From: Delftia acidovorans NBRC 14950
GTDB lineage: Bacteria > Pseudomonadota > Gammaproteobacteria > Burkholderiales > Burkholderiaceae_C
Length of the DNA: 32,000 bases
Assembly: GCF_001598795.1 (NCBI RefSeq)
Contig: NZ_BCZP01000036.1
Location: 1-32,000, forward strand
Direction: 5' to 3'
Position numbers and translations under genes: made by a program. Below, piece after piece: positions 16,667 to 25,672 of this stretch; the first letter of the stretch is position 1, and each line of letters opens with the position of its first letter. Below the pieces are notes generated by a model. The model was not told the DNA's origin, ran no database searches, and saw only the letters and a list, made by a program, of their open reading frames with translations.

Positions 16667-17650
16667 CTATTCCGCCTTGGCCCCCGCAGCCTTGATCACC
16701 GGGTCCCAGCGCTTGATTTCTGCGGCGGTGTGCTGGCGCAGGGCGTCGGGGGTGAGGCGGTCTGCGGGCGGGATGATGACGCTCATGTCCGTGAAGCGCT
16801 TGACCAGGGCGGGTTCGGACAGGGCGGTGCGCAGGGATTTGTTGAGGCGCTCGATGACGGCCTGGGGCGTGCCTCGCGGGGCGTACAGGCCGTGCCATAC
16901 GGCAAGCTCGAAGCCGGGCTGGCCGGCCTGCGCGAAGGTGGGCACATCTGGCAGGGAGGGCAGGCGTTCGCGCGTGGCGACGGCGTAGCCCTTGAGCATG
17001 CCCGCCTGTATGTGCGGGCCGGTGGCCACGGGCTGGTCGCAGATGACATCGACATTGCCTGCCACCAGGTCCTGCAGGGCCGGGCCCGTGCCACGGTAGG
17101 GCACCAGGGTGGCTTCGGTGGAGGTGGTCTGCAGCAGCAGCATGGCGCACAGGTGGGAGGTGGCGCCTACGCCGGCATGCGAGAAGCGCACTTCGCCCGG
17201 TTTGGCCTTCATGTGGGCGATGAAGTCCGCCAGCGTGGCGGGCGCAAAGCCTTTGCTGCGCACCAGGATCATGGGTACGTCGCCGGCCAGCGCGATGGGT
17301 TCCAGGTCGCGCCTCACATCGAAAGCGAGCTTGCTGTAGAGCGCGGGTGCCGTGGCAATGCCCATGTTGTGCAGCAGCAGGGTGTGGCCGTCGGCCTGGG
17401 CACGTGTGACGCGGCTGGTGCCGATGGTGCCACCGGCGCCGCCCAGGTTCTCGACGATGACCTGCTGGCCCAGGTCGCGCGTCATGGCCTCGGCCAGCAC
17501 GCGGGCCAGCACGTCGGTGGAGCCTCCGGCCGCGTAGGGAACGACGATGGTGACGGGCTTGTTGGGGAAGGCCTGGGCGGCAAGGCTGGCCGCTGCCAGC
17601 GCGGCGGCGAGAAGGGTCTGGGCGAGGGGATTGCGGATGAGGGGGCGCAT
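16667..17650 (-). CDS. Bug-family (TctC-like) tripartite tricarboxylate transporter substrate-binding protein
   Basis: Signal peptide ...AAQA-FPNKPVTIVVPYAAGGSTDVLAR, the classic Bug N-terminus. Confidence 0.85.
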   Translation of the reverse strand: MRPLIRNPLAQTLLAAALAAASLAAQAFPNKPVTIVVPYAAGGSTDVLARVLAEAMTRDLGQQVIVENLGGAGGTIGTSRVTRAQADGHTLLLHNMGIATAPALYSKLAFDVRRDLEPIALAGDVPMILVRSKGFAPATLADFIAHMKAKPGEVRFSHAGVGATSHLCAMLLLQTTSTEATLVPYRGTGPALQDLVAGNVDVICDQPVATGPHIQAGMLKGYAVATRERLPSLPDVPTFAQAGQPGFELAVWHGLYAPRGTPQAVIERLNKSLRTALSEPALVKRFTDMSVIIPPADRLTPDALRQHTAAEIKRWDPVIKAAGAKAE

Positions 17651-17788
17651 GGGTTTGTCTCCTGGAGGCGCGTGCAGGGGCCGCCGGCTCTGTGCGGCCG
17701 GTTGTCGGTGGCGTGTTTGGTGGCGTGAGGCAGGAAGGCAAGGGCCGCATGCGGCCCTTGACGACGGCGAGACGGCGCAGGCTCAGGC

Positions 17789-18652
17789 TCAGGCCGGGGC
17801 CACGTACCTGTACAGCTCGGTGTGGTCGGCGGCGGGTCCCAGGGACCTGGAGGCCTCGGCCGCCATGGCGCTGACCTGTTCGGCCAGTGCCATGGGCGTG
17901 TGCATGGCCTGGCCCAGCGACAGGGCAATGCCCACGTCCTTGGCCTGCAGCGCCAGCGAGAAGCCCGAGTTGAAGGCGCCGTTCAGCATGAACTGGTGGG
18001 CCTTGTTTTCGGTGGTGTTGTTCTTGCCGGTGGAGGCATTGATCACGTCCACGATGGTGGCCGGCGCAATGCCGAAGGCCGCGCCTGCATGGATGGCCTC
18101 GGCCGTGGCGATGAGGGCCGCTGCCGAGACATAGTTGTTCAGCGCCTTGAGCGCATGGCCTGCGCCCACGGGTCCGACATGGGTGATGGCCTGGCCCATG
18201 CGTTGCAGCAGCGGCAGGTGCTGGGCGAGCAGGTCCGCATCGCCCCCGACCATGATGGACAGCGTGCCCGCAATGGCGCGCTTGACGCCGCCGGAGACCG
18301 GCGCATCCAGCAGCCCGATGCCGCGCTCGCCCAGCAGGCCGGCCAGCGCGCGCGTGCGGTTGGGGTCGGCTGAGCTCATGTCGATGATGCAGGCGCCGGG
18401 CGGCAGGTGCGGTGCCAGTTCGCCGACCACGGCATCGACGATGCGGGAGTCGGGCAGCATGGTGAAGACCACGCTGCAGCCGGCAAAGTCGGCCGCGCCG
18501 GATGCCACGGCCACGCCCGCATGCTCCTGCGCGAATCGTGCGGTGGCGGCGGGAACGGCGTCCCGGATGACCAGGGCGTGCCCTGCGGCATGCAGCAGGT
18601 GGGCCATGGGCTGGCCCATCATTCCGAGGCCGATGAATCCTATGGTGGTCAT
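17789..18652 (-). CDS. NAD(P)-dependent beta-hydroxyacid dehydrogenase (3-hydroxyisobutyrate dehydrogenase family)
   Basis: IGFIGLGMMGQPMA Rossmann start, DAPVSGG, HALKALNN motifs. Confidence 0.8.
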   Translation of the reverse strand: MTTIGFIGLGMMGQPMAHLLHAAGHALVIRDAVPAATARFAQEHAGVAVASGAADFAGCSVVFTMLPDSRIVDAVVGELAPHLPPGACIIDMSSADPNRTRALAGLLGERGIGLLDAPVSGGVKRAIAGTLSIMVGGDADLLAQHLPLLQRMGQAITHVGPVGAGHALKALNNYVSAAALIATAEAIHAGAAFGIAPATIVDVINASTGKNNTTENKAHQFMLNGAFNSGFSLALQAKDVGIALSLGQAMHTPMALAEQVSAMAAEASRSLGPAADHTELYRYVAPA

Positions 18653-18662
18653 GCTGCGTGCC

Positions 18663-19061
18663 TCAGATGTCCATCTCTTTGAAGACTTCCGAAGCCACGC
18701 GGAAGGAGTCGATGGCGGCCGGCACGCCGCAGTAGATGGCGGTCTGCAGGAAGACTTCCTTGACCTCTTCCTTGGTCAGGCCGTTGTTGATGGCGCCGCG
18801 CACATGCAGCTTGAGTTCATGCGGGCGGTTCAGCGCCGTGATCATGGCCAGGTTCAGGAAGGAGCGCGTCCTGCGGTCCAGGCCGGGGCGGTTCCAGACA
18901 TCGCCCCAGCAGTACTGGGTGACCAGCTCCTGCATGTCGATGTTGAAGTCCGTGGCGTTCTGGATGGACGCATCGACATACTCGGCGCCCAGCACCTCAC
19001 GGCGGGTGGACAGGCCCTGGTCGAAGAGGGCAGGGTTCTTGGGTGCATAGGCTCGGGTCAT
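18663..19061 (-). CDS. Carboxymuconolactone decarboxylase (CMD/PcaC-like) family protein
   Basis: 132 aa. WNRPGLDRRTRSFLNLAMITALNRPHELKLHVRGA...GLTKEEVKEVFLQTAIYCGVPAA. Confidence 0.8.
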   Translation of the reverse strand: MTRAYAPKNPALFDQGLSTRREVLGAEYVDASIQNATDFNIDMQELVTQYCWGDVWNRPGLDRRTRSFLNLAMITALNRPHELKLHVRGAINNGLTKEEVKEVFLQTAIYCGVPAAIDSFRVASEVFKEMDI

Positions 19062-19117
19062 GAAAACTCCTGATGGAAGGCGGTGAAGATGTCTTTCGGT
19101 GGAGTGGATTTAATCAG

Positions 19118-19130
19118 ATTGTCAGACAAT
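19118..19130. promoter_or_regulatory. Candidate GntR-family operator, perfect palindrome ATTGTC-A-GACAAT
   Basis: Lies in the divergent gap between the CMD operon and the GntR gene. Fits the GT-N-AC core typical of GntR/FadR operators. Confidence 0.5.
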
Positions 19131-19170
19131 CCTACTTGATGAAAATCGGGATTGCCTGCCGGGCCAGGTG

Positions 19171-19183
19171 TGTGTATGACAAT
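19171..19183. promoter_or_regulatory. Second, degenerate operator-like site TGTGTATGACAAT
   Basis: 9 of 13 identical to the first site. Shares GACAATCC. Centres about 53 bp apart. Confidence 0.3.
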
Positions 19184-19228
19184 CCGTCAGTCCGTCCGGC
19201 CCCTGGATTGGCGGGTAGGATTCGTCCC

Positions 19229-19912
19229 ATGAACCAGATGCTGCGTGTCCCCCGCGAAGAAACGTCGCTGCGCCTGCGCACGACGCAGACCCTGCGCACG
19301 GCCATCCTCGATGGCGTGTTTGCGCCGGGCCAGAAGCTGTCCGAGCGCGAACTGTGCGAGAGCCTTGATGTGAGCCGTTCGTGCCTGCGCGAGTCGCTGC
19401 AGCACCTGCAGGCCGAGGGGCTGATCACCATCGTTCCGCACCGGGGCCCCGAGGTCACGGACATCTCGGTGCAGGAGGTGCGCGATATCTACGAGGTGCG
19501 GGCCAGCCTGGAGGGGCTGGCCAGCCGGGGCTTTGCGCTGCATGCCTCGGCAGGCCAGCGCGCCGCGCTGCGTGCCAAGCTGGGCGAGCTGGCCGTGCCC
19601 GCCGTGGCCAGCGACAAGGTGGCCCTGCTGGCGATCAAGAACCAGTTCTACGACATCCTGATCGAGGGCTGCGGCAATCTGGTGGCCGGCCAGATGCTGC
19701 GGCAGCTGAACAACCGCGTGACGGTGCTGCGGCGCATCTCCATGTCCCAGCCCGGGCGCCTGCCGCAGACGCTGGCCGAGCTGGATGCCATCGTGGCGGC
19801 GATAGAGCAGGGCGACGCGGACCAGGCTGCGCGCCTGAGCGCCGAGCATGTGCAAAAGGCCGGCCAGGGCGTGTTGCGCGCCATGGCCGAGAAGGCAGGC
19901 CCGGCCAGCTGA
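19229..19912 (+). CDS. GntR-family (FadR/FCD subfamily) transcriptional regulator
   Basis: Winged-HTH LSERELCESLDVSRSCLRESLQHLQAEGLITIVPHRGPEV followed by a helical FCD-like domain. ATG 19229 chosen over ORF start 19073. Confidence 0.85.
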   Translation: MNQMLRVPREETSLRLRTTQTLRTAILDGVFAPGQKLSERELCESLDVSRSCLRESLQHLQAEGLITIVPHRGPEVTDISVQEVRDIYEVRASLEGLASRGFALHASAGQRAALRAKLGELAVPAVASDKVALLAIKNQFYDILIEGCGNLVAGQMLRQLNNRVTVLRRISMSQPGRLPQTLAELDAIVAAIEQGDADQAARLSAEHVQKAGQGVLRAMAEKAGPAS

Positions 19913-19951
19913 TGCCGGGGCCTGTGCCTGGGGGTGTCAGTCCGTGTGCGC

Positions 19952-20971
19952 TCAGTCCGGCTTGACCTGGGCGCGCTTGAGCACCTTTTGCCAGCGTGCC
20001 TGCTCGGTGGCAATGAACTGCGCGAACTGCTGGGGCGTGCTGCCGATGGGCTCGGCCGCATCGCCCTGCAGGCGCTTGAGCGCGTCCGGCGCCTTGACGG
20101 CCTTGGCGCATTCGGCGGCCAGCTTGTCCACGTGGGCTCGGGTCATGCTGGAGGGGGCGAGCATGCCGTACCACTGCGTCATCTCGAAGCCAGGGAAGCC
20201 CTGCTCGGCCACGGTGGGCACGTCGGGCAACTGGGGCAGGCGCTGGGTCGATCCCGTGGCGATGCAGCGCACCTTGCCTGCCTTGATGAAGGGCAGCAGG
20301 GCGGCAGCGCCGACCGAGGCGGCGTCCAGGCGGCCCGACATCAGGTCCGTCATCATCGGCCCCGTGCCGCGATAGGGCACGTGCAGCATGAAGATCTCGG
20401 CCGTCATCTTCAGGTACTCGAAGGCCAGGTGCCCGGCGCTGCCATTGCCGGCCGAGCCGTAGCTGAGCTGGCCGGGCTTCTTCTTGGCGTAGGCGATGAG
20501 TTCGCGCAGGTTCTTGACCGGCACATCGGGGTGGACCACGTAGAGGCTGGGCACCTTGGCCAGCAGGCTGACGGGCTGGAAGTCCTTGTTCGCGTCGTAG
20601 GGCAGCTTGTCGAAGATGTAGGGATTGACGGCCAGCGTGCCGATGTGGCCCAGGATGACGGTGCTCTGGTCATCGGCGCGCGCCACTTCCTGCATGGCGA
20701 TGTTGCCGGCCGCGCCGGGCTTGTTGTCCACGAAGACGTTCTGGCCCAGGGTCTTGGACAGCTCGGCGGCCGTGGAGCGCGCCACGATTTCCGAGCTGCC
20801 GCCCGGCGCAAAGGGCACGACAAAGCGGATGGGGCGCGTGGGCCAGGCGTCCTGCGCCAGCGCGGCCGCAGGCAGCAGGCCCGACAGGGCCATGGCGCCC
20901 GTGCCGGCCAGCAGTTGGCGGCGGCCGAGCAGGGGCAGGTCTGCGTGGTGAAGAAAGTCGCGCGAAGGCAT
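19952..20971 (-). CDS. Bug-family (TctC-like) substrate-binding protein with Tat-like signal
   Basis: GRRQLLAGTGAMALSGLLPAAALA then PTRPIRFVVPFAPGGSSEIVAR. Confidence 0.85.
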   Translation of the reverse strand: MPSRDFLHHADLPLLGRRQLLAGTGAMALSGLLPAAALAQDAWPTRPIRFVVPFAPGGSSEIVARSTAAELSKTLGQNVFVDNKPGAAGNIAMQEVARADDQSTVILGHIGTLAVNPYIFDKLPYDANKDFQPVSLLAKVPSLYVVHPDVPVKNLRELIAYAKKKPGQLSYGSAGNGSAGHLAFEYLKMTAEIFMLHVPYRGTGPMMTDLMSGRLDAASVGAAALLPFIKAGKVRCIATGSTQRLPQLPDVPTVAEQGFPGFEMTQWYGMLAPSSMTRAHVDKLAAECAKAVKAPDALKRLQGDAAEPIGSTPQQFAQFIATEQARWQKVLKRAQVKPD

Positions 20972-21094
20972 GTCTGGTCTCCTGGCTATCGTTGTAGTGA
21001 ATGGGCAGCGGATGCGGCGCCAGCGATGGTGGCGCCGGCGGCTGTCAATCTGCTGTCAAACCAGGGTCTGCAGGCTACGGAGATACCCGGGGGA

Positions 21095-22468
21095 TCAGGC
21101 TTTTCCCTCGGCTCCCAGGGCCTGGCCGATGGCCTCGGCCGCCTGCAGGCCGCTGCGCACGGCGCCTTCGATGGTGGCCGGATACGGTCCATCCACATGG
21201 TCGCCGCAGGCCCACAGGCCGTGGCCCAACTCCATGCCGGGGCGCTGCAGCTGCGGCAGGCAGGCGAAGGTGGCGCGCTTGTCGATCACGGTGCGTAGCG
21301 CTACCAGTCCATGCCAGCCCAACTGCGCCTGGGCCTGGGCCAGCACCTGGGCCTGCAGGGTTTCGCGGTCCGATGCGCTGTCGCTGATGACGAAGGCCAT
21401 CAGGCCCTGCGGGCCGCCGAGTTGCCCACGGTCGAAGACGAATTGCGCAGGCGCATCGGGCGTGGAGCGCAGCGCCAGCCAGGGCGCGCCCGGGGGCAAG
21501 GTGTGGGAGGAATCGCCGGTCTGCGCATAGACGGTGGCAATGGGGCGGTGCTGCAGGTCCTGGGCCAGTTGCGCCCAGCGCTGCAGGGCTATGCCGTCGC
21601 GTGCAGGCAGGCTGTCGTGCTCGGCGGCGGTGAGTGCAAGGCGCGCCGCTTCGGGCGCGGGGCAGGCCAGCAGCACGGCGTCAAAGGGCGCGTCTTCGCC
21701 CTGGGCTGCGCCCAGCGTCCAGTGCGGTCCCTGGGGCTGCAGTTCGGCCACGCGGCTGCCAAGGCGCACGGCGTGGCCGCGCTCTTGTAGCCACTGCGCG
21801 GCGGGCGCCGGGAACAGGCCGCCCAGGTCACGGCGCGGCACCAGGAAATGCGAGCCGCCACGGCCGCTGAACAGCGCATCGCGCAGCACGCGAAGGAACA
21901 CCGTGCCGCTGGCCAGGTGAATGGGCGTGTTGAGCGCCGAGATGCACAGCGGGTCGATGAACTCGCTGACCAGGCGCTGCGGCAGGCCGGCGCACAGGTC
22001 GGCCACGGTGGCTTGCGGCGCGCAGCGAAAGCCCGCCAGCCGCCAGCGCACGGCGCGCGCCAGCAGGGCTGCACGCTCGCCCAGACTCCAGCCGCGTGCG
22101 GTGGCAATGCCGGCCAGCGCATCCAGCGGCGCAGGCCAGTCGGGAAAGCGCAGGCCGCTGCCATCGATATAGGGCAGGGCCATGGGCTGGCGGTGCAGGG
22201 CCTGTTCAGGGTCCACGCCCATCTCGCGCATGAGGCGCAGGCTTTCGGTGTACGCACCGATGAGGATGTGCTGGCCGTTGTCTACGCGCAGCGGGCCCTG
22301 TGGCGTGTCGAGGTCCATGCCGCGCGCACGGCCGCCGGGCTCGCGTGCGGCCTCGTGCAATGTGATGTGCCATCCGCTGCGCGCCAGCGTGAGGGCGGCC
22401 GCGAAGCCGGCCCAGCCTCCGCCGAGGATGGCGGCGCGCGGCGTGCCCTTGGCGCTGTCTCTGCTCAC
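21095..22468 (-). CDS. hpnE: Hydroxysqualene dehydroxylase (FAD-dependent amine-oxidase/phytoene-desaturase fold)
   Basis: ILGGGWAGFAAALTLARSG dinucleotide fold. Follows hpnD. GTG 22468 overlaps the hpnD stop (GTGA). Confidence 0.75.
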   Translation of the reverse strand: MSRDSAKGTPRAAILGGGWAGFAAALTLARSGWHITLHEAAREPGGRARGMDLDTPQGPLRVDNGQHILIGAYTESLRLMREMGVDPEQALHRQPMALPYIDGSGLRFPDWPAPLDALAGIATARGWSLGERAALLARAVRWRLAGFRCAPQATVADLCAGLPQRLVSEFIDPLCISALNTPIHLASGTVFLRVLRDALFSGRGGSHFLVPRRDLGGLFPAPAAQWLQERGHAVRLGSRVAELQPQGPHWTLGAAQGEDAPFDAVLLACPAPEAARLALTAAEHDSLPARDGIALQRWAQLAQDLQHRPIATVYAQTGDSSHTLPPGAPWLALRSTPDAPAQFVFDRGQLGGPQGLMAFVISDSASDRETLQAQVLAQAQAQLGWHGLVALRTVIDKRATFACLPQLQRPGMELGHGLWACGDHVDGPYPATIEGAVRSGLQAAEAIGQALGAEGKA

Positions 22469-23310
22469 CGCGCCATGCGTCCCAGCGCCTGCATCTTCCA
22501 GGCCAGCCACAGCTTGCGCAGCGGCGGCAGGCTGATGCGCTGGTGCAGCACGCGGAAGTCGTCGGCCTCGATCTCGCGCAGCAGGGTGCGGTAGATGCTG
22601 GCCATCATCAGGCCGGGCTTTTGCGTGCGGCGGTCGGCGGCGGGCAGCAGGGCCAGGGCCTCGTCGTAGAGGCGGTGGGCGCGCTCGGCCTGAAAGCGCA
22701 TCAGCGCGGTGAAGCGGTCCGAGTATTCGCGCTTGGTGATCTCATGCGCCTTGACGTCGAACTGCTGCAGCTCGCTGATGGGCAGGTAGATGCGTCCGCG
22801 CATGGCGTCCTCGCCCACGTCGCGGATGATGTTGGTCAGCTGGAAGGCCAGGCCCATCTTGTGGGCGTAGGCGGTGGTTTCTTCCTGTGTCTGGCCAAAG
22901 ATGCGCGCGGCCACTTCACCGACCACGCCTGCGACCAGGTGGCAGTAGCGCGTCAGGCCCTGGAAGTCCAGGTAGCGGGTCTGCTCCAGGTCCATGCGGC
23001 AGCCGTCGATGACCGCCTGCAGGTGGCGCTCCTCGATGGCGTAGACCGGGGCGTGCGGCATGAGCGCCCGCATCACGGGATGGGAGGGCTTGCCTGCAAA
23101 GGCCTGGTGCACTTCGTTTTGCCACCAGCCGAGCTTGGTGGCGGCCACGCCGGGGTCGGAGACTTCGTCCACCACGTCGTCCACTTCGCGGCAGAACGCA
23201 TAAAAGGCGGTGATGGCGGCACGGCGCTCGCGCGGCAGGAAGAGGAAGGCGTAATAAAAGCTGCTGCCCGAGGCGGCAGCCTTGTCTTGGACGTACTGAT
23301 CCGGATTCAT
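22465..23310 (-). CDS. hpnD: Presqualene diphosphate synthase
   Basis: SSFYYAFLFLPRERRAAITAFYAFCREVDDVVDE. Second Asp-rich region NIIRDVGEDA. Start at MNPDQ (ATG 23310). Confidence 0.8.
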   Translation of the reverse strand: MNPDQYVQDKAAASGSSFYYAFLFLPRERRAAITAFYAFCREVDDVVDEVSDPGVAATKLGWWQNEVHQAFAGKPSHPVMRALMPHAPVYAIEERHLQAVIDGCRMDLEQTRYLDFQGLTRYCHLVAGVVGEVAARIFGQTQEETTAYAHKMGLAFQLTNIIRDVGEDAMRGRIYLPISELQQFDVKAHEITKREYSDRFTALMRFQAERAHRLYDEALALLPAADRRTQKPGLMMASIYRTLLREIEADDFRVLHQRISLPPLRKLWLAWKMQALGRMAR

Positions 23311-23377
23311 ATGGGGCCGGATTGTCCCATGGACGGCTGGGAGCCAAAGCCTGGGTGTCGCAACGGCCGGCCCGCCA

Positions 23378-24262
23378 TCACATGCGCAGGGCGCGCCACA
23401 GCAGCAGCGGGGCATCGGCCTTGCCGACGGTGGGGCGGCGGTAGAGGCTGGCGCCCTGCAGCGCATCGACCTTGTCCAGGATGCGCAGCCCGCCCTGCAC
23501 GACCAGACGCAGCTCCCAGCCGATGCGGCCCGGCAGGCGGTGCACCAGCGGTGCGCCGGACTGCATCAGGGCGCGCGCCCAGGCCGATTGGTCGGCCAGC
23601 AGCGCGCGCACGGCAGGGGTCAGTGCAGCGGGCTCGGCGCGCAGGTCTTCACGCCGCACGCCGTGGGCGGTGCAGTCTGCATCGGTCAGGTAGTGGCGCC
23701 CGCGCGGCAGGTCCACGCTGAAGTCCTGCCAGAAATTGATCAGTTGCAGGGCGGTGCAGATGGCGTCGCTGCGGGCCAGCGATTCGGCATCATCCACCCC
23801 GTACAGATGCAGCAGCAACCGGCCCACGGGGTTGGCCGAGCGGCGGCAGTAGTCGAGCAGCTCGGCGCGGTCGGCGTAGGTGGTGCCGGACTCGGTCTTG
23901 TGCACGTCCTGCGCGAAGGCGCTGAGCAGGTCGTCCATCAGCGCCAGCGGCAGCTGGTGGGCGCGTACTTGCGGTGCCAGCCCCGCAAAGACGAGGGGCC
24001 AGGCCGTGCGGGCGAGCATGGAGGCCTCGCTTTCGGTGCCCAGCGCCATCAGGTCGGCACGGTAGGCGGCCAGCGCGGCCAGGCGCTCGGACGGCGTGGC
24101 GTCGCCCTCGTCGGCCAGATCGTCTGCAGTGCGTGCGAAGTGGTAGAGCGCGGCAATCGGCGGGCGCAAGCGGGGCGGGCACAGCCAGGACGCCACGGGA
24201 AAGTTCTCGTAGTGCGTGACCGGGGCGGGGGAGGCGGGCAGGGTGGGAGCGGTGGACTTCAC
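23378..24262 (-). CDS. hpnC: Hydroxysqualene synthase (squalene synthase HpnC)
   Basis: HYENFPVASWL, YHFARTADDLADEG, QLINFWQDFSVD. GTG start at 24262. Confidence 0.8.
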   Translation of the reverse strand: MKSTAPTLPASPAPVTHYENFPVASWLCPPRLRPPIAALYHFARTADDLADEGDATPSERLAALAAYRADLMALGTESEASMLARTAWPLVFAGLAPQVRAHQLPLALMDDLLSAFAQDVHKTESGTTYADRAELLDYCRRSANPVGRLLLHLYGVDDAESLARSDAICTALQLINFWQDFSVDLPRGRHYLTDADCTAHGVRREDLRAEPAALTPAVRALLADQSAWARALMQSGAPLVHRLPGRIGWELRLVVQGGLRILDKVDALQGASLYRRPTVGKADAPLLLWRALRM

Positions 24263-24332
24263 GGTGGCCGATTGTCGATGCTGCGCGCAAGGCCATGCAT
24301 TTCACTTGACGGGCTCAAGGGCTTCTCCTAAA

Positions 24333-24354
24333 TTACTAACCCGTCAGTCAGTAA
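24333..24354. promoter_or_regulatory. Imperfect inverted repeat TTACTAAC-N6-GTCAGTAA in the hpnC/RND divergent region
   Basis: 7 of 8 complementary arms. AT-richer than surroundings. Lies between the divergent starts at 24262 and 24437. Confidence 0.3.
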
Positions 24355-24436
24355 ACGGCGCCAGCCAGCTGCCGCGGCATGTTGCCCGGATCTTGCAGCC
24401 CGCAGCCGCTTTTCGCACCAGCCCTCCCGGATCCAC

Positions 24437-25672
24437 ATGCCCGACTTGCCATCGAACCCTGCCGCGCCTGCTTTGCCGCGCCATCTTCTTCTTGCCCCTC
24501 TGTGCCTGGCCGCCGCGCTGGCGCTGGGCGCCTGCTCCAAGGCCGAGCCGCCGCCCGAGCCGGTGCGCGCCGTCAAGCTGCTTACCGTAGGCGTGGGCGC
24601 GCTGGACACGCAACTGGAGTACGCGGGCGAGGTGCGCGCGCGCATAGAGTCGCGCCTGGGCTTTCGCGTGGCCGGCAAGCTCGTTCGCCGCGAGGTGGAA
24701 CTGGGCCAGCACGTGCAGGCAGGCCAGTTGCTGGCGCGGCTCGATGCCAGCGACTACCGGTTGGGAGCTGACGCCGCGCGCGCCCAGGTGGCGGCCGCGA
24801 CCACGCAGCGCGATCTTGCCGCTGCCGATGTGAGGCGTTACTCGCAGCTGAAGGCGCAGAACTTCATCAGTGGTGCGGAGCTGGAGCGGCGAGAGGCCAC
24901 GCTCAAGTCCGCCCAAGCCACGCTGGACCAGGCCAAGGCGCAGCTGGCATCGCAGAGCAATCAGGAGTCCTACGCGCAGTTGCTGGCCGATGTGCCCGGC
25001 GTGGTGACCGGCATAGACGCCGAACCCGGCCAGGTGGTGTCGGCCGGATCGCCCGTGGTGCGCATTGCCCAGGATGGCCCGCGCGACGTGGTCTTCGTGG
25101 TGCCCGAAGACAAGCGCGGTGCCATCCGCGTGGGCCAGAAGGTGAATGTGCGCCCATGGTCGGCCGGCATGCAGCCGCTGCAGGGCCAGGTGCGCGAGGT
25201 GGCGGCCAGTGCCGATCCCGTCACGCGAACCTACCAGGTGAAGGTGGCACTGCCTGCGTCGGATGCGGCTGCCGTGCCGCCGCTGGGCGCGACGGTCCAT
25301 GCGCTGCCCGAGGGCATGGGCCCCACGGGCCAGCCCGTGATCAAGCTGCCGACCACAGCGCTGCGCCAGGAAGGCGGCGGCGGCCAGGGCACGGCCGTGT
25401 GGGTGTTCGACGCCGCCAGCAGCACGGTGAAGCTGCAGCCCGTGCAACTGGCCACGGCCGATGGCAACGAGGCCGTGATTGCCGCAGGCCTGACGCCCGG
25501 CATGCAGGTGGTGGCCGCCGGCGTGCATGTGCTCACGCCAGGCCAGAAGGTCACGGTCTATCAGGACCGTTATGACAAGGCCCCGCAGCCGGCACAGCAG
25601 CGGCCGCAACAGACACAGCCTGCACAGGCGCCTGCCGCCGCAGGCGCTGCGCCCAGCGGAGCGGCCCAATGA
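24437..25672 (+). CDS. RND efflux periplasmic adaptor (membrane fusion protein), lipoprotein
   Basis: Lipobox LALGAC. YAGEVRARIESRLGFRVAGKL...GQLLARLD hairpin/lipoyl pattern. Pro/Gln/Ala-rich C-terminal tail. Confidence 0.85.
   Translation: MPDLPSNPAAPALPRHLLLAPLCLAAALALGACSKAEPPPEPVRAVKLLTVGVGALDTQLEYAGEVRARIESRLGFRVAGKLVRREVELGQHVQAGQLLARLDASDYRLGADAARAQVAAATTQRDLAAADVRRYSQLKAQNFISGAELERREATLKSAQATLDQAKAQLASQSNQESYAQLLADVPGVVTGIDAEPGQVVSAGSPVVRIAQDGPRDVVFVVPEDKRGAIRVGQKVNVRPWSAGMQPLQGQVREVAASADPVTRTYQVKVALPASDAAAVPPLGATVHALPEGMGPTGQPVIKLPTTALRQEGGGGQGTAVWVFDAASSTVKLQPVQLATADGNEAVIAAGLTPGMQVVAAGVHVLTPGQKVTVYQDRYDKAPQPAQQRPQQTQPAQAPAAAGAAPSGAAQ

Noticed and set aside
16730-24331. Shadow ORFs 16730..17728(+), 18135..19073(+), 19187..19855(-), 19934..21298(+), 21848..22594(+), 22543..23721(+) and 23540..24331(+)
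   Set aside because: Each lies opposite or out of frame to a gene with clear family motifs (Bug, HIBADH, GntR, Bug, HpnE, HpnD, HpnC).
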